DNA from: Octopus bimaculoides
Taxonomy: Eukaryota
Reading direction: 5' to 3'
DNA length: 64,000 nt
NCBI RefSeq assembly: GCF_001194135.2
Contig: NC_068982.1
Span: 11,367,074-11,431,073, forward strand
The notes below the pieces were generated by a model. That model ran no database searches. It was not told the DNA's origin and was given only the letters and a program-made list of their open reading frames with translations. Below, piece after piece: positions 63,167 to 64,000 of this stretch; position 1 is the stretch's first letter, and each line of letters begins with the position of its first letter. The position numbers were made by a program, and so were the translations under genes.

Positions 63167-64000
63167 TACCTTGGGCAAGTGCCTTCTACATTATCTTTTA
63201 TTTCATTGCCGCCTTACAAGAAGAATATAATGTAAGAGGTTATGATGAAATATTTTTTTCTCGTTAGCATCTTTTTATACCCTTTGAATTGCAGATCTGC
63301 AGTTTATTGCATGTAATGTAACTCTTTCAGGTCACTTTTAACTATTTTAATTTTGTGCCTTCTTGACTTAAAACTACATAATTACCAACTACATAATTAC
63401 CTTGCAGTTGGTAATTACGTTAATTTATCCTGAATCATTCATTGCTTCAGCATTCAAATTATTATCCTTGTCTCCTACTTGCAGGAAATGTTTTCGCAGC
63501 CCACATACAATTAGATTACTGTTGTTCATATTTACCCATCAAATCATAGTTTGTTCTGCTTTAGCTTCCAAGATTTCTAACTTTATTGCTCACATTTCAT
63601 TTGTCATGTAAAATCCTATTTATAGAAATCACATCATGTAAATTCAGAATTCACATAAGGATCAAAAGCAAAAACATTTACCTAAACTATTTCTAGTTTA
63701 GGAATACTTTAGGTAAACAAAAAGTTGTTGACATTAAACCACCAATGGCTTTGTTCTGACAGAGATTGAGTGTCTTAGCAAACATTGACTACTATTTCCA
63801 GAAATTTCTGGAAGCAGGTAATAGCTTTCACATTCAACATATCTAAGATTGAATTCAATTCCTACATATTATCTATAAAGATAGCATGGCTTCCAATCTT
63901 AAAAATTTTTTTTATGACATCTTAGTGTTAACCATCTTAAAATGTAGTTTTTGTGAATGAAATCTATATTTCAGAGTTCATATATAATATTGATATTGCA

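Noticed and set aside
62170-63650. Minus-strand peptides such as LEAKAEQ..NSNLIVCGL resembling LINE ORF1
   Set aside because: Too decayed to call without alignment; noted only as a possible old LINE substrate.

Overview
Eukaryotic, very AT-rich draft-assembly DNA with 11 N-gaps, most flanked by (TA)n/(CA)n/(TATG)n microsatellites. The repeat families look like those I recall from octopus genomes (inference, not a database result). There is one convincing host coding exon: a 252-nt minus-strand exon at 19858-20109 encoding the N-terminal BAH-like domain of an ARID5B-type transcription factor. It is absent from the supplied ORF track because it has no ATG in its frame. I could not find the next exon in 1-19857, so intron 2 probably runs off the left edge, and the first coding exon is unresolved. 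About 13 kb around this exon (roughly 11.9-25.1 kb) lacks recognisable interspersed repeats and looks comparatively CpG-retaining, like a constrained regulatory domain. The rest is a dense mosaic of at least four SINE-like families, piggyBac-like (TTAA) and hAT-like MITEs, two Merlin-like elements with GGATCTT termini and 8-bp target duplications, and decayed Ty3/gypsy, RTE, CRE-clade and Penelope-like fragments. Several close inverted repeats could form dsRNA if transcribed. Nearly all ORFs in the track are artefacts of microsatellites, SINEs or gaps. I see no evidence for a wholly new system. The best leads are the ARID5 exon and its repeat-free domain, the Merlin-like elements, the CRE fragment and the near-identical inverted duplication at 62-63 kb.
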